64,000 bases of DNA from Octopus vulgaris (Eukaryota). Location of the stretch: positions 103,044,001 through 103,108,000 of the forward strand of contig OX597819.1 in assembly GCA_951406725.2 (NCBI GenBank). Reading direction: 5' to 3'. The number at the start of each line of letters is the position of its first letter. Position 1 is the first letter of the stretch. Below, one piece after another: positions 40,544 through 54,876 of the stretch. The position numbers were made by a program, and so were the translations under genes. The notes below the pieces were generated by a model, which saw nothing but the letters and a program-made list of their open reading frames with translations, did no database searches and was not told the DNA's origin.

Positions 40544-41160
40544 GGAGAGAGAGAGGGAGGGAGAGAGATGGGTAGATAGATAAGAATGCATATATGCATC
40601 ATGTATACGCATGCACATATTTATATACTACACGTATGCAAACGCATGCACACACTCATACATATATACATATGTATACGTATATATGTACTTATATATG
40701 TAGACATACACACGCGCACACAAACACACATACATGTTTATGTATGTATGCATGTATGTATGTGTATGTATGTATGCATGTATGTGTATGTGTGTGTGCA
40801 TGTATGTAATGATGGATGTATATGAAGGCGCAATCCAAGTGGATGCCGCGATTCACTCACAATCGTACGATCGTGGTTCGATCACCGAACTGGGAGGGGT
40901 GGGTGAGTTCTTAGTCTCCTTATTCCTTCTTTTCACGTACCCCTGTGAAAATTCTCTGACTTCTGACGTGTGGAACGCCGTACCCTTGTTTAGGCAACGT
41001 TATTTTGATGGAGCTAGTGAGCCAACGTTCAGCTCAAACATTCGGTGACGATAAACAAATTATAACCGATTTCATCTATAAACGCCTTCTTCACCCCACT
41101 TTTGTGTGTGCGTCTCTCCTCCCCTTCTCTCTCTCTTTCTGTATATACACACGCACACAT

Positions 41161-41254
<94 letters not shown>

Positions 41255-41258
<4 letters not shown>

Positions 41259-41556
41259 AAATGAAGAAAATGCTGACAAAGAGTGTATTTAATTAGGTGA
41301 AAGTTCTTTTACCGGTTGCGCATTTGTTATGCTTATCAAAAGATATTTTTTTAAGAGAGATAGAGTTCCTTTCTGATAGATTTTTTCTCTTATCCAGATA
41401 AGAGAAAAAAATCTATCAGAAAATCTATCTCTCTTAAAAATATTTTTTGATAAGCATAACAAATGCGCAACCGGTAAAAATAACTTTCACCTAATTAAAT
41501 ACACTCTCCTTACTTAAATTATTTTGTCAGCATTTCCTTCATTTCCTTTTTATATA
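41255..41556. mobile_element. Near-perfect ~300-bp palindrome with a hammerhead-like motif in each arm (inverted Penelope pseudo-LTR-like)
   Basis: The centre is CTTATC-CA-GATAAG at about 41395. Both arms (41444-41480 plus, 41306-41342 minus) read TTT-TGATAA-GCAT-AACAA-ATGC-GCAA-CCGGTA-AA. The element is flanked by (TA)n. Confidence 0.75.
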
Positions 41557-41598
41557 TCACAACTCATGTTCCACATCTCCTTTTTAAATATATATATA

Positions 41599-41676
41599 TA
41601 TCGATGAGTGTGCATGTGTGTGTATGTATATATATATATATATATATACATACACACACATGCACACTCATCGATA
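41599..41676. repeat. Perfect 78-bp palindrome centred on (TA)n
   Basis: TATCGATGAGTGTGCATGTGTGTGTATG(TA)nCATACACACACATGCACACTCATCGATA. Confidence 0.9.
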
Positions 41677-41769
41677 ACTTGATGCATATATAGATAAAAA
41701 AAGCAGGATTAGGCTAAAATAGACATCTGTGTATCATACTTAAGAAAATACGACGCGAAAAAGCAAATT

Positions 41770-42980
41770 TACCGCAGTACGCCTCCATCGCTAATATCCC
41801 TCCCATGTTGAAGTACAAACTATCGCGTTAACAGAAGAAAATCGCTCTGAAGCAGCAAGCGAGATTACTAGAAATTATTGCAACACTACTCTCTTGCAGC
41901 ATTTTTTTCCAGAATTTCAACTAGGAGTGTGGTTCCTTAAGGTGATTCGTATATATCTGAATACCGAAATTTGCCGGAAGTCTTTCACAGATTTGCAATG
42001 TATAGACTTCTGCACATGTTTTCTTTCTCCTCTCCAGAGAGTAGAGTTTTAATGATTTCAACTCTCTCACTAGCTTAGTAGTTACCTTGATAGCATTTTG
42101 AAGAAAAACCATTAGCTTATTTATATATCTGTTGTTAGTTCAATACTCTTTAACTACCATAGTCGTGAGTCGTAGGACTAGGCAGCTGAGGAAGAATATT
42201 CCTTCAGAACAAAGCAGTATGGTTTCCTGCTATGTCGAACACAGGGATCTCAGTATCAATACCTCTATAACCTCTGACAATTGCTGCTGTCAACAGGAAA
42301 AATACCTTACCGCACATATTTATCCGCAGTTTACAAACCTGCTGCGATTCTTGGATTGTAATCCTTGCAAGTCCTGTATATCATGATTCTAGATTATATC
42401 CGGTTTGATAGCAATCTAAAGATGGGTAGTTTTTCTTTAGCCCATTTTTATATTGCATTTAGGTTCTGCAAAAGGTTTGCAGCATCATCGAGGTTTCTTA
42501 TTGCCTGATATGCTTTTGCATCTAAGCAGAGCTGAAAATAACTGTTGGTATAACTCAGGGCATGTCCGATAGAGCCACAGCAAACAGCAATATCCCACAA
42601 GGCAGCTCACTTCATTCAACGTTGGCGTTTCCTTTGAGAGAGCAATGTAGGCTGCAAAATTCTGAGTATTGCCACCTAAAAAATCATGAAGTTACTCTTC
42701 CAGTTTCCAGAGATTCCTCTGTTTGGGACACACTATCCGCTAGTCGATTACTCAAAATCCTTCGCAAATTTGAACAACTTAACGGCTATGTTTGAATCAC
42801 TGGGCATCCACTATTTCAGCATTCAATCATAGTGTTGCAAAAGTCTAATGCAGTTGCTTCCTTAATGGAAGTCGTGCTGTGTATTAGTCGACAATTGTTT
42901 GAACGCGACTTTTTTTATTTCTGGTAATATGTAGCATGACTTTGTTGATATATTAAATCAGAAAAATACACCTGCATATA
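41770..42980 (-). pseudogene. Decayed CR1/L2-group LINE ORF2 fragment
   Basis: LKSLKLYSLERRK...YTLQICERLPANFGI matches the 'LxLYSLERRRxR...WKI.. GLVPN' motif downstream of RT. The upstream part is heavily degenerate, so the boundaries are approximate. Confidence 0.6.
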
Positions 42981-44350
42981 AATGAACTCGGAGTAGCTAG
43001 GCACAAATCTTTCATTACTCCACCAGTTTCATAAATTTCTTAGAATGTGTAATTGCAAAATGACTTTAGCCGAAAGACAATGTTGAATGTTTCTCACTGC
43101 GTCCGTAAACTCGATTTATACGGACCCGTGAATATATATACAATCATACATATATATATATGTGTGTGTGCGTGTGTGAGTGTGTGTGTCTGCGAGTATG
43201 TGGTTGTGTGTGAGTATGTGTATGTGTTTACATATACATATATATACGTATGCAAGTATATTTTGGGGGCTTTTCGAATTTTAGATTTCTGGATTAAGGA
43301 TTGTATACCTATAGTATGTATGTATGTATGTATGTATGTATGTATGTATGTATGTATGTATGTATGTATGTATGTATGTATGTATGTGGAAGCCGGCGAA
43401 ACAGAGACAGACTAACAAGCAGACAGAGGTGAGGGTGAAAAAGAGATAAGCGAAAATCTATTTTTGTGTCCTGATGTCTTATTCCATTTTTTTGGTTGCA
43501 TGGTGCTCTACCAATTATTGTTTATTTATTTATTTTCTATGTATTATGTAATTAATGCTCATATTGTCCTTATTATAGATATAGATATTATAGTTATATC
43601 CATCATAATCTAATGACAAAACTGAAGGGAAACCAAGGAAATAAAAAGGGGGAGTATTAAAAACGAACACCGACAAAACATTGATATATAAAAACAATAC
43701 AAATAAACTACAAAACACAATTCCAACACGAAGCAAACAAGAATATATAATAAAAAAAAAACAGAAATGGAAACAATGAAATAAAGAAAAGGAAGGAAAC
43801 GAAAGACAAACGGGATAGGAAAACAAAACAGGAGCCATATTTAACATCATGCTTTATACTGTAATAGAGCCGGTCTTGTCTAGGCGTAGATGGAGAAGTA
43901 ATTAACCTGATGGATTAGCATTAATCCAGTTACACAACACACTACGCACCCTAAATCTGAGTCTGCTAAATCTCATCACAACTAACATGCGTTCTATTCA
44001 TCGTTCGTTCTCTGCACTCTCCTTATTACTCCCACACACAGCACGCAAAAGCTTACTCACACATATACACACATGCATACGCTTACATATATATATATAT
44101 ATATATGCATACGCTTACATATATATATACACACACACACACACGTATCTGCAAATATCCGGCCACGACTTAATTTGATCGCTAGTAAAGAGACTGTAAG
44201 AGTCAATAATGAAGGGACATTATTTGGTTTTCTCGTGCATACATGTCGGCATACACATATACGTGAACACTATCGCGTATGAATATATGTACATACACAT
44301 ACGTCCATATATACATATCCATAAATTATATACGCATACATATGTACTTG

Positions 44351-44383
<33 letters not shown>

Positions 44384-44407
44384 CATAAACACAAATACAC
44401 ACATATA

Positions 44408-44462
<55 letters not shown>

Positions 44463-44964
44463 AATGCGCACACAACACATAATCACACAGATGTAGGTAC
44501 GTATATGTCTGTATCTCTTATCTTTTGAGAAATTACAATCGATTTGCGAACATGGTTGTTTGGGTGATGGGGATACAAGTTCGTATCATAATCATTCCAC
44601 AATATTTGAACAAGAAAATTCAAGCATATAAGCCAAGAAATCTAAGAGGAACACGAAATTGTTTCTTTTGATCATTCTAAACACGTAATACAGGACTCGT
44701 TGTTGCCCACACCCACCTATATAGGTACATATACACACATTAACAAACATTTCTTTAAAATTTAGGAATGCATATAAACAACGAGTGTGTGTAAGAGAGA
44801 GTACAAATATGCATTATGAGTAGCACAAACAAATACACACACACACACACAAACACGTACTCTCACATTTATGTCTGTAAGAATATGCATACACACAAGG
44901 CAGGCAGGTATATAACCACACCCATACACATACTTCACGCAAATTCATATTTTACATGAAAATA

Positions 44965-45085
44965 ATGTCGACCCTGAAAGGACAAAGTCGACATCGGCGG
45001 AATTTGAACTCAGAACGTAAGGACAGACGAAATGCCGCTAAGCATTTTACCCGGCGTGCTAATGTTTCTGCCAGCTCACCGCCTT
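44965..45085 (-). mobile_element. SINE family B, 5' half
   Basis: AAAGTCGACATCGGCGGAATTTGAACTCAGAACG...CTGCCAGCTCACCGCC. Confidence 0.85.
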
Positions 45086-45337
45086 ACACAGAATGAAATA
45101 TTGCTATACAAATACATGCACTTACTGCACATAACTGCGTGCACATATGCCTACATCTATAAACTAATAAATAATTACATATTTCTTTTCATACATTATA
45201 TATGTTGAGAGAAAGAGAAACATTTATAACTGAAAGCACTTATGCTAATTATATTAATTTTGTGACGTTTTATATTTTATCGATTCTAATTAAAAAAAAA
45301 TTAATGTATTTTTAGATGACATTATTAACTTCATTTG

Positions 45338-45550
45338 AGGCGGCGAACTGACAATCGATAACTCACCGGACAAAATGCTCAGTGGCATTTCGTCCGTCTT
45401 CACGTTCTCAGCTGAAATTCCACCGAGGTCGAGTGCGCATTTCCTCCTTTCGAAGTCGATAAAATATGTACCTGTTGAACACCGGGATTGATCTAATCGG
45501 CTTACCTATTCCCCTGAAATTACTGGCCTTGTGCCAAAATTTGACATCAA
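45338..45550 (+). mobile_element. SINE family B
   Basis: GGCGGCGAACTG...CCTTTCGAAGTCGATAAAATATGTACC...GGCCTTGTGCCAAAATTTGA. Confidence 0.85.
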
Positions 45551-46313
45551 TATTAATTCTATACGCGTATACGTGCATGTGTTTATATGTATGTATGCAT
45601 ATATATATGCATCTGCGTACGTGTATATGTGTGTTACATGTGCGTATATATTTATATGTATGTATAAATAATAATTAGTTATAGGATTCAATAGAATCTA
45701 GGCACATCGCACGTAGAACGCCAGAAATGGCTAGGTTTCATGGCAGAGTTCACAATGACGGGACCAAGTGTTGGTAGGATAAATGCGATTTAAACCGTAG
45801 CTCTAACTCTGTGGTTGTTTCCAGGTGTGGGTATGTATAAAAACAGAAGACAAATAAGGTTTACATGTACTTGTTTGTGTATGTATGTATGTATGTATGT
45901 ATGTATGTCATTATTCAGTGTTATTTTCAGAACTCTTGCCAAAAGACAAACAGACGTTTTGTAACCTAGACCCAAGGTTCCTTCAATGGAATTTCAACAA
46001 CATTAACAATGTATTTTTGCATATGTTTGTTTGTATGTGTGCAATATCGGCAGTTCGTGCATATGCAGATTTGCATATTTTGTTTTGTGTATTGTCATGC
46101 ATGGAGCTGCATCACTAGACATGTGCATATATACATACACACTTACATACACACAAATACATACATTATGTATGTTTGTACGTATGTGTGTATGTATATA
46201 TGTACGTATGCATGTTTTATGAATGTGTGTATCATGGAGTTTATATATAAACATATATCTGTGCCTTGTGATCATGATACTAATGACTATTTTAGTGTCA
46301 TTTTGTGTGCATC

Positions 46314-46346
<33 letters not shown>

Positions 46347-46379
46347 CAGCAGCAGCTGGATTTGGTGGGGTTGCCTGTC

Positions 46380-46670
46380 GTTACATTCTGAGTTCAAATT
46401 GCGCCGAGATCGACTTTGCCTCAAAACATTTCGGGGTCGATTAAATATGTACTTGTTGCGTACTTGGGTCCACGTAATCGACTTTACCCCTCTCTCGAAC
46501 TCGTTGGTCTTGTGCCAGAAATTAAAACCATTATTATTGTTATTATTAAAGCTGTGAGCTGGCAGAATCGTTAGCACACGCCGAGCAAAATGATTAGCGT
46601 TCTTTCGCCTGTCTTTATATTCTAAGTTAAGATTCTACCGAGGTCGACTTCGCCTTTCGTCCTTTCGCGG
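46380..46670 (+). mobile_element. Two adjacent SINE family B pieces
   Basis: A 3' piece at 46380-46530, then a head at 46552 (GTGAGCTGGCAGAATCGTTAGCAC). Confidence 0.8.
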
Positions 46671-46827
46671 TATGCGACACCGGTTATGTTTGCAGTGTTA
46701 AAGTTGCTTTTAATTCAAAATGTATATACATACACATATACATACATAGAGAGAGACAGACAGAAAAAGAGAGATATATATAGATACTTTAGATAGATAG
46801 ATAGATAGATAGATAGATGGATATATA

Positions 46828-47338
<511 letters not shown>

Positions 47339-48616
47339 GTTCATTCATTCACATTTATACAATCGAGGAGATTAGATGTTAAAATGGATTATAGTTTGTT
47401 TTTTTTTTTTCATGTTGCTATACAATTTGTTTCATACAAAAAGACTCAGATATTCATAATAGAAAATGGGAATAGTCAAATTTGTACTCTTCGGTAGATA
47501 GTATAATAAACTAAAAACAGGCGTTAGAAGTACATAGATTTTCTATTAGTAATCATATTGTATTTATATATTCTTTCTTGCAGTCATTGCTATTTTAAAC
47601 AAGACTAAAAAATATATAATTGGATGCTAATATATATAATATTAAAAAACCTACATTCACTCTATGAATTTCTATATGTGTGTTTTTAATTATATCGTCA
47701 TATTAACCTGATCAGACTATATTTGTAAGTACGATGAGATATCCAAATAAGGAAGAGAATGAATTTTCAAATTCAAATTAAGTTTTTAATTAATCGTCAA
47801 TTAACCTTTTGACTTATGTAACTATTAGAAACAAATATTTAATAGTATTCAATAATAATTTCAGGTTTATGAACTTTAAAATTTCAGTATTCATTGTAAA
47901 TAATATGTCTAATATTCTTAGGCAAAAATAAGTGTTATGTGTCGTAATTGATTATCTATTCACAGTATATGATTTTAAGAAAATTTAGAAATAGATGCTA
48001 TACGATATGGGTACAGGACGTCACCAACTGTTCACACAAAATGAAATACGTAAACAAACGTATTAAATATGTAAATACATAACTATATATACATGCACAC
48101 ACATAAATATATATACATATATATACATATCTCTGCTTACATACGCATACATATAGACATACATATACATACAAATATATATACACACCCACACACACAC
48201 ATGTATATATAAAAATATATATACATACCGATATGCTATATATATATATATATATATGTAATTTAGGATATGATAACATATATATATTTGTACAAATATA
48301 TACGCACACACATTCATACACACATACATATACATGTGTAAAAGGTTGAATGAGGATTCGTCCACTAATTGGAGTGGTATCCAAAAAGATTTCTAACGTT
48401 GATTCTTCATACTTTGCAAAGAGTTTACTGGTGTAAATTGGCGATGATATGAATGAAGTTCTACAAATCCAATCATAGTTGTCAAAAATGGAGGGGATAA
48501 GATGCTAAAAATTTGTAAGACATTCATTCATGCTCACAATCGTATATAGACACAAATTCATTTAAGACTTTGCAAATATCAAAGACTTCATCAGTGCAGA
48601 GAAAATAATAGGAACT

Positions 48617-48752
48617 TAACATTGTCCCGAAAGAGATCAAAGAGGAAAAGGATCCCATCAACTTTAAACGGAGTCTGGATAGATTCCTTCAAGGAATACC
48701 AAATAAGCCACTCATAATTGGATACAATTCACCCAACAAAAACTCTCTTTTT
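48617..48752 (+). pseudogene. C-terminal end of a CR1-group LINE ORF2
   Basis: NIVPKEIKEEKDPINFKRSLDRFLQGIPNKPLIIGYNSPNKNSL matches the 'N.LP...FK..LD.FL..IPD.P...Y....NSL' terminus. Confidence 0.65.
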
Positions 48753-49014
48753 AGAAATTTCTATCGGTTTGTTTCGAGACGCATAAATTATAATGGTTAT
48801 TGACAATTTTGTTTTTTTTCGGCATATTTGGCATTAGAATTTTTCTTTTGCCCTTACTTTGTAAATTATTTATAAATTTAACCTTTAAAGGTATTTTTTG
48901 ATATGCTGGCCATTGATAAAAATTTTTCTCGAAAAAACTTTTATCTTACATTAGATATATATATATATATATAAACAAAAATACATATAAACAAAAATAC
49001 ATATATAAATATAC

Positions 49015-49325
49015 GCGGCACTCCGTCGGTTACGGAACAGCCAGCTCGTGAAATTAACGTGCAGGTGGTTGAGCACTCGACAGACACGTGTACGCTTAAC
49101 GTAGTTCTCGGGGAAATTCAGCGTGACTCAGAGTATGACAAGGCCGGCCCTTTGAAATACAGTTATAACAGAAACAGGAAGAAAGAGTGAGAGCAAGTTG
49201 TGGTGAAAGACTACAGCAGGGTTCGCAAGAGTACGGCCGGAGCCTCATGGAGCTGTAGGAGTTTTTGCTCAATAAACATTCACGACGAGAGACCGCTGCC
49301 CTAAATACTGGGTCATTGCGCCTCC
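49015..49325 (-). mobile_element. SINE family C
   Basis: GGCACTCCGTCGGTTACG...GAAATTAACGTGCAGGTGGTTGAGCACTC...GGCCCTTTGAAATACAG is shared with 27428-27727. Confidence 0.8.
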
Positions 49326-49831
49326 ACATATATAAATACATCAATACATATACATACATAAGTATATTCCGTATATATTCACATGCATACAATAGGTGGG
49401 GGTGGGGGTGGTGGCGTCTGTGAGTTGCCTCTGCCGCAATTGTGGAAACGATACTGATCATCTCGAAGATAGGTTGGCGATGATGATGATGATGATGATG
49501 ATGATGAGGATGATGATGATGATGATGATAATGATGATGATGATGAGGATGATGAGGATGATGGTGGTGATGGTGGTGGTGGTGGTGGTGGTAATGGTGG
49601 TGGTGTTGGTGGTTGGTGGTGATGATAGTGGTGGTAGTGACGATGATGATTATGAAGATGATGATGATGATGATAAGGACAATGAATATGACGATAACGC
49701 TGAATGAAGACGCTGGCGATGATGTTGATGCTATCTATATGTGACGACGTTGACGATCATGGTGTTGATGAAGAATTCAATGAGAACATCCAAGACAAGA
49801 TATACGGAAACTATAATTACAAAGAGAGTGG

Positions 49832-49862
<31 letters not shown>

Positions 49863-50069
49863 CGGATGTTTGTGCGTGTGTTAATAAACGTGTATAGTGT
49901 GTTTGCATCTTCTATGCGAGTTTGTTAATATGGCGAAGAGAGACAGAAGAGGTGCTCGAGTCATACGTCAATCACTATTTGTATTTTATTGTTGTGCATT
50001 TTAAAAAATTTCCTCTGAATCTACTTTCAGCAGCTATGCTTGTTGATGTTGTTATTGCCGGTGTACATA

Positions 50070-50130
<61 letters not shown>

Positions 50131-50721
50131 TAGTATTCTTTTTATTTTTGATAATGATGATGTTGTTTCTCTTTTTCTTATAAACTGATGATAATTTTTT
50201 TGGAGTTTTTCTTTTAATCGTTTCCTTGCATATAAAACATACAGTGCAATGCTTGGCAGGTTATTTCACAAAATAAACAACATGGACACAGAATCGGAAG
50301 AAGCTTTTAATGATGTAGACCCTGCATTTGTGAGTAGATATACAAACACTTTTTTTTTCTTGTGCATACAAACATTAATTCATGAATATATATATTTTTA
50401 TTATATTACACACACACACACACACATATATGTATGTATATATGCATACACATATGTATATATATATAAATATATATACATCAATATATATATGTATATT
50501 ATGTATAAATATATATATACCTATATATATTTATATATATATACATATATATATTTATATATACATATATATACATATTTATATATATGTATGTAGTTTA
50601 TATGTAGATGTACATATATACTTGGACGATTGTGTACACTTGTACATCAGAGCATTTTTTTATTCGAAGAGTGATGCTTCTTCAGGTATACAAATGGTAT
50701 GTATGCATATATATATATATA

Positions 50722-50792
<71 letters not shown>

Positions 50793-50827
50793 ATAGATAT
50801 GTATATATATATGCATATATATATGTG

Positions 50828-50863
<36 letters not shown>

Positions 50864-50869
50864 AAGATA

Positions 50870-50920
<51 letters not shown>

Positions 50921-51244
50921 GTCCATATATATGTATTCACACACTTCTACGTGTTTGTGTGTTTGTATGTTTGTGCCTGAGTGAGCGTGAGTATATATGT
51001 TTTTGTGATTCTACATAGATGCCAATATTAAGCAAGACCATAGGGTTAGACATATACTAATTTATAGTAAATATTTATGGCAGATATATAGACATTTTCG
51101 AACAAGTCATAAAAAAATTAAGGGAGAAAAGCGCGTGTCATATGGTAGAAAAAACAATTCAAAGTAAAATTAATGAATTTCTAGAAGCACACACACACAC
51201 ACGCACACACACATACACGTATATATATATATATATATATATAC

Positions 51245-51311
<67 letters not shown>

Positions 51312-51452
51312 TGTGTGTAGAGGGTAGAATATTAGCATGTATACATATATTTGTCGACAGGAGCATTCGCAATTGTATACTCTGTCATAGACGTGTACAT
51401 TTACTCACACACACACACACACACACACGCACACACGTATACAAGCATAATG

Positions 51453-51484
<32 letters not shown>

Positions 51485-52073
51485 AATTTATATCTGTGTG
51501 TAGTAGCACCAATCATCATGTGTGATTGTACATGTGTATGCAACTGCATTCGTAGACTTATTATTGTAAGTGATACGCCATTATATTGTCTGGCAAGCTT
51601 TCTGTGTTCACCTTGACTTAATGCTGCGTCACGACATGGCGGATGAAAATGGCGGCTGTCTGCCATGTTAGGAAATAGCGGGATACCTAGAAACATGACT
51701 AGGAATTTAGCTAAACAGTTGTACAGTAACGCCCTCTGTACCTTCAGTTTCCTTTGCATATCTCCACCACGGTCTGTGTCGTCCGAGGCCACGTTGTCAA
51801 CCATTTGAACGCAGCCTCCCACACATAATAACTTTGAAATAGCGCACAAATATATATATACACACACATCGACATACACAGATATACACATACAGGCACA
51901 CTTTTACGAAAGTAAATACACATAAGACACTCAGGAATGTGCGTACAGAAAAATATATACAAATACACATATTCACAAAGATACACATGGATACAGACGC
52001 ATGCGCACGCGTGTAAATATATATATATATATGTGTGTGTGCGTGTGTGTGAATCTATGTCTGTGTGTGTGTG

Positions 52074-52121
<48 letters not shown>

Positions 52122-52794
52122 TATGAATATATATGTATATATGTGTGTAAGTATATAAATATGCGTGCGCGTATATATATGTGTGTGTATGTATGTATAT
52201 ATATATATATATATATACACACAAGAGAAAATATATACTATACATCACCCACTTATGTACAAAAAGACCAAAACTGGAAAGATATAGACATTTTCACGCA
52301 TTTATACACTATCCTGATTTTACATACACACAAACACGCACATACACACACACGCATACACACACGTGCACGGGCGCACACATAAAACATACGCACGTAA
52401 AGTCAAATACAGCAACATACATACGCAGCTACCCACATCGAAACGTATCGACTCACACATACATAGCCAGACTCAAAAACACATACATACTGCTTAATAT
52501 TCACATAAACACTGAAGAACATTTGTACTGACACACACAAAGGAAACACTTTCCACAGCTACATTTTCCTTCACATACACTGACTCATAGCCATAAGCGC
52601 ACGCATATGCTGACACACAGATGCTGACCCAAACTCATTCCTATAGATCTACTCATGCATTTATACTCACTGGCGCAAACACACACACACACTCACCTCC
52701 TCTGTCTCCATTTCTCTCTTTCACTCTTACCCACACATCCACTGACTCCTACATATAACACTCGTATGAAAATAACTTTAAGGTAGTGAAAATA

Positions 52795-53073
52795 ACTCAC
52801 AAGGTAGTGAGTTCGATTCCTATCGGCGCGTTGTGTCCATAAGCAAGACACTTTATTTCACGTTGCTCCAGGCCCCTCAGCTGGCAGGAATGAGTTGTAC
52901 CTGTAATTCAAAGGGCCAACCTTACCATATTCTGTGTCTCGCTGAAATCCTTCAGAACTACGTTAAGGGTACGCGTGTCTGTGGAGTGCTCAACCACTTG
53001 CACGTTAATTTCACGAGATGTTCTGTTAATCGGATCATCTGGAACTCTCGTCGTCGTATCCGACGAAGTGCCA
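52795..53073 (+). mobile_element. SINE family C
   Basis: B-box GAGTTCGATTCC, core GTTGTGTCCATAAGCAAGACAC and tail CGACGAAGTGCC. Confidence 0.85.
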
Positions 53074-53474
53074 CATTTTCCAAACATGAGTCACTTCTAA
53101 GCACGTAATTCTGGGTCTGATCCCAGTGGGTTGTCTCTGAGGCAAATGACTTCTACCATCGCTTCGGGTCCTTCAAATTCTTGTGAGGACCGTTTCTTAA
53201 TTGGAAACTGTGAAAGCCCATACCAAGGATTGTCGTTACTTTGATTGGTGGTGGCCTTATTCCACTGGATTGCATAACACTACCATGAAGAACTTAGTTG
53301 CATCAAGGGCCTGATTTTTGTGTCTTCACACATCATTTCCCATTTCTTTCATCATGTATGGAGTCTGAAAGAAACGTGTGCGCCCTATATCCTTCTATCA
53401 TTACGAAGAGACTCCGAGTGATTTTGTATTATTCTTTCTGACAACATTACGTTCGTAGACAATAAACTTTCTAT

Positions 53475-53798
53475 CGGCACAGGAGTGGCTGTGTGCTAAG
53501 AAGCGTGCTTACCAACCACATGGTTCCAGATTCATTCCCACTGCATGGCACCTTGGGCAAGATTCTCCTACTATAGCCTGCGGTCGACCAAAGCCTTAGG
53601 AGTGTATTTTGTAGATGGAAACTGAAAGAATCCCGTCGTATAAGTGTGTATTTGTGTGTCTGTATTTGTCCCCCACCATCGCTTGACAACCGATGTTGGT
53701 GCGTTTACGTCCCCTTAACTTAGCGGTTCTGCAAAAGAGACCGATTGAATAAGTACTAGACTTACAAATAATAAGTCCTGGGGCGGATTTGTTCGACT
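53475..53798 (+). mobile_element. SINE family A lacking its last ~55 nt
   Basis: Full head and body, ending at GATTTGTTCGACT. Confidence 0.9.
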
Positions 53799-54190
53799 GG
53801 CCGAAACGTTAGCACGCCGGGCGCAATGCTTAGCAGGTATTTCGGCTTCCGTTATGTTCTGAGTTCAAATTCCGCCGAGGTCGACTTTAATTTCATCCTT
53901 TCGGAGTCAATTAAATAAGTACCAGTTACGCACTGCGGTCGATATAATCGACTTAATGCGTTTGTTTGTCCTTGTTTTATCCCCACTATCTTTAGCCCCC
54001 TGTGGGCAATGAAAAATAGGTATTTCACCAATCGCTACTTTCTGAGTTCAAATTCTGTCGAGGTTGATTTTGCCTTTCATCCTTTCGAGTTCGATACATT
54101 AAGTACCAGTGAAATACTTGGGACGATGTAATCGACTAGCCCCCTACCCATAAATTCGAGGCCTTGTGCCTCCAGTAGAAAGGATTATTA
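53797..54190 (+). mobile_element. Tandem SINE family B units
   Basis: Two successive TTCTGAGTTCAAATTC...TTTCATCCTTTCG...AAGTACCAG bodies. Confidence 0.85.
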
Positions 54191-54780
54191 AATATTATTC
54201 ATAAAATAAAATTATTTCAGTGCTATCACAACATTAGCTGGGAGATTCAAAGACATGAAAAGTATAACAATAGTTTCTGTACATCAGAACGATTCATAAA
54301 ATATCTTTTGTTGACTTTATTTTACATTCTACTTAGCGTGAGGAATGAACAGAATCACTATGAAACTGGGGAAAAAGAAAAACCTGACATTATTACATTC
54401 GGATCTTTGCATTCTGATTTCATACCACACCCGATCAACTTAACGTTTTCACTCCTCTACGGTCAACGAAATAACTGAGCTCTTACCATTTATTCTCCTA
54501 ATTTAATTTGTTGAAACACACTCACATGCACGCAACAAGACTCAGTTCACAACACAACAGAAAACCTTGGTTCCAAAGTCAATAGCTTGTAGTTTGTGTG
54601 TGTGTGTGTGCGTGCGTGTGCGTGCGCGTGTGTGTGTGTGTGCGTTCGTGTGTGTATATTCGTGTGTGTGCGCGCGCTCGCGTATGTGCGTTTGTATATA
54701 CATGTATATATACGTATATATATATCTGTACATATATGTGTATATATATATATATATATAGTAAAATCATATCTATCGTA

Positions 54781-54862
54781 GGTAGCGTGGCCGAGTGGTC
54801 TAAGGCGCTGGTTTTAGGCACCAGTCTCTTCGGAGGCGTGGGTTCGAACCCCACTGCTGCCA
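54781..54862 (+). tRNA. tRNA-Leu, anticodon UAG
   Basis: An 82-nt cloverleaf. Acceptor GGTAGCG/TGCTGCC+A; A-box TGGCCGAGTGG; anticodon arm CTGGT-TTTAGGC-ACCAG; variable arm TCTCTTCGGAGG; T arm GTGGG-TTCGAAC-CCCAC. No encoded CCA. Confidence 0.95.
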
Positions 54863-54871
54863 TGAGCAACC

Positions 54872-54876
54872 TTTTT
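54872..54876 (+). terminator. Putative Pol III terminator (T5)
   Basis: TTTTT lies 9 nt after the tRNA discriminator base. It could instead belong to the adjoining SINE tail. Confidence 0.55.

Noticed and set aside
48550-48600. Minus-strand CTGATGA plus a CTTTG/CAAAG hairpin
   Set aside because: It is followed by TAAAT rather than GAAAC, and stem III is unconvincing.
51385-51891. 168-aa minus-strand ORF with a complex middle section as a coding exon
   Set aside because: Both ends are microsatellite, the splice sites are weak and no domain is recognisable. It is kept only as a candidate regulatory island.
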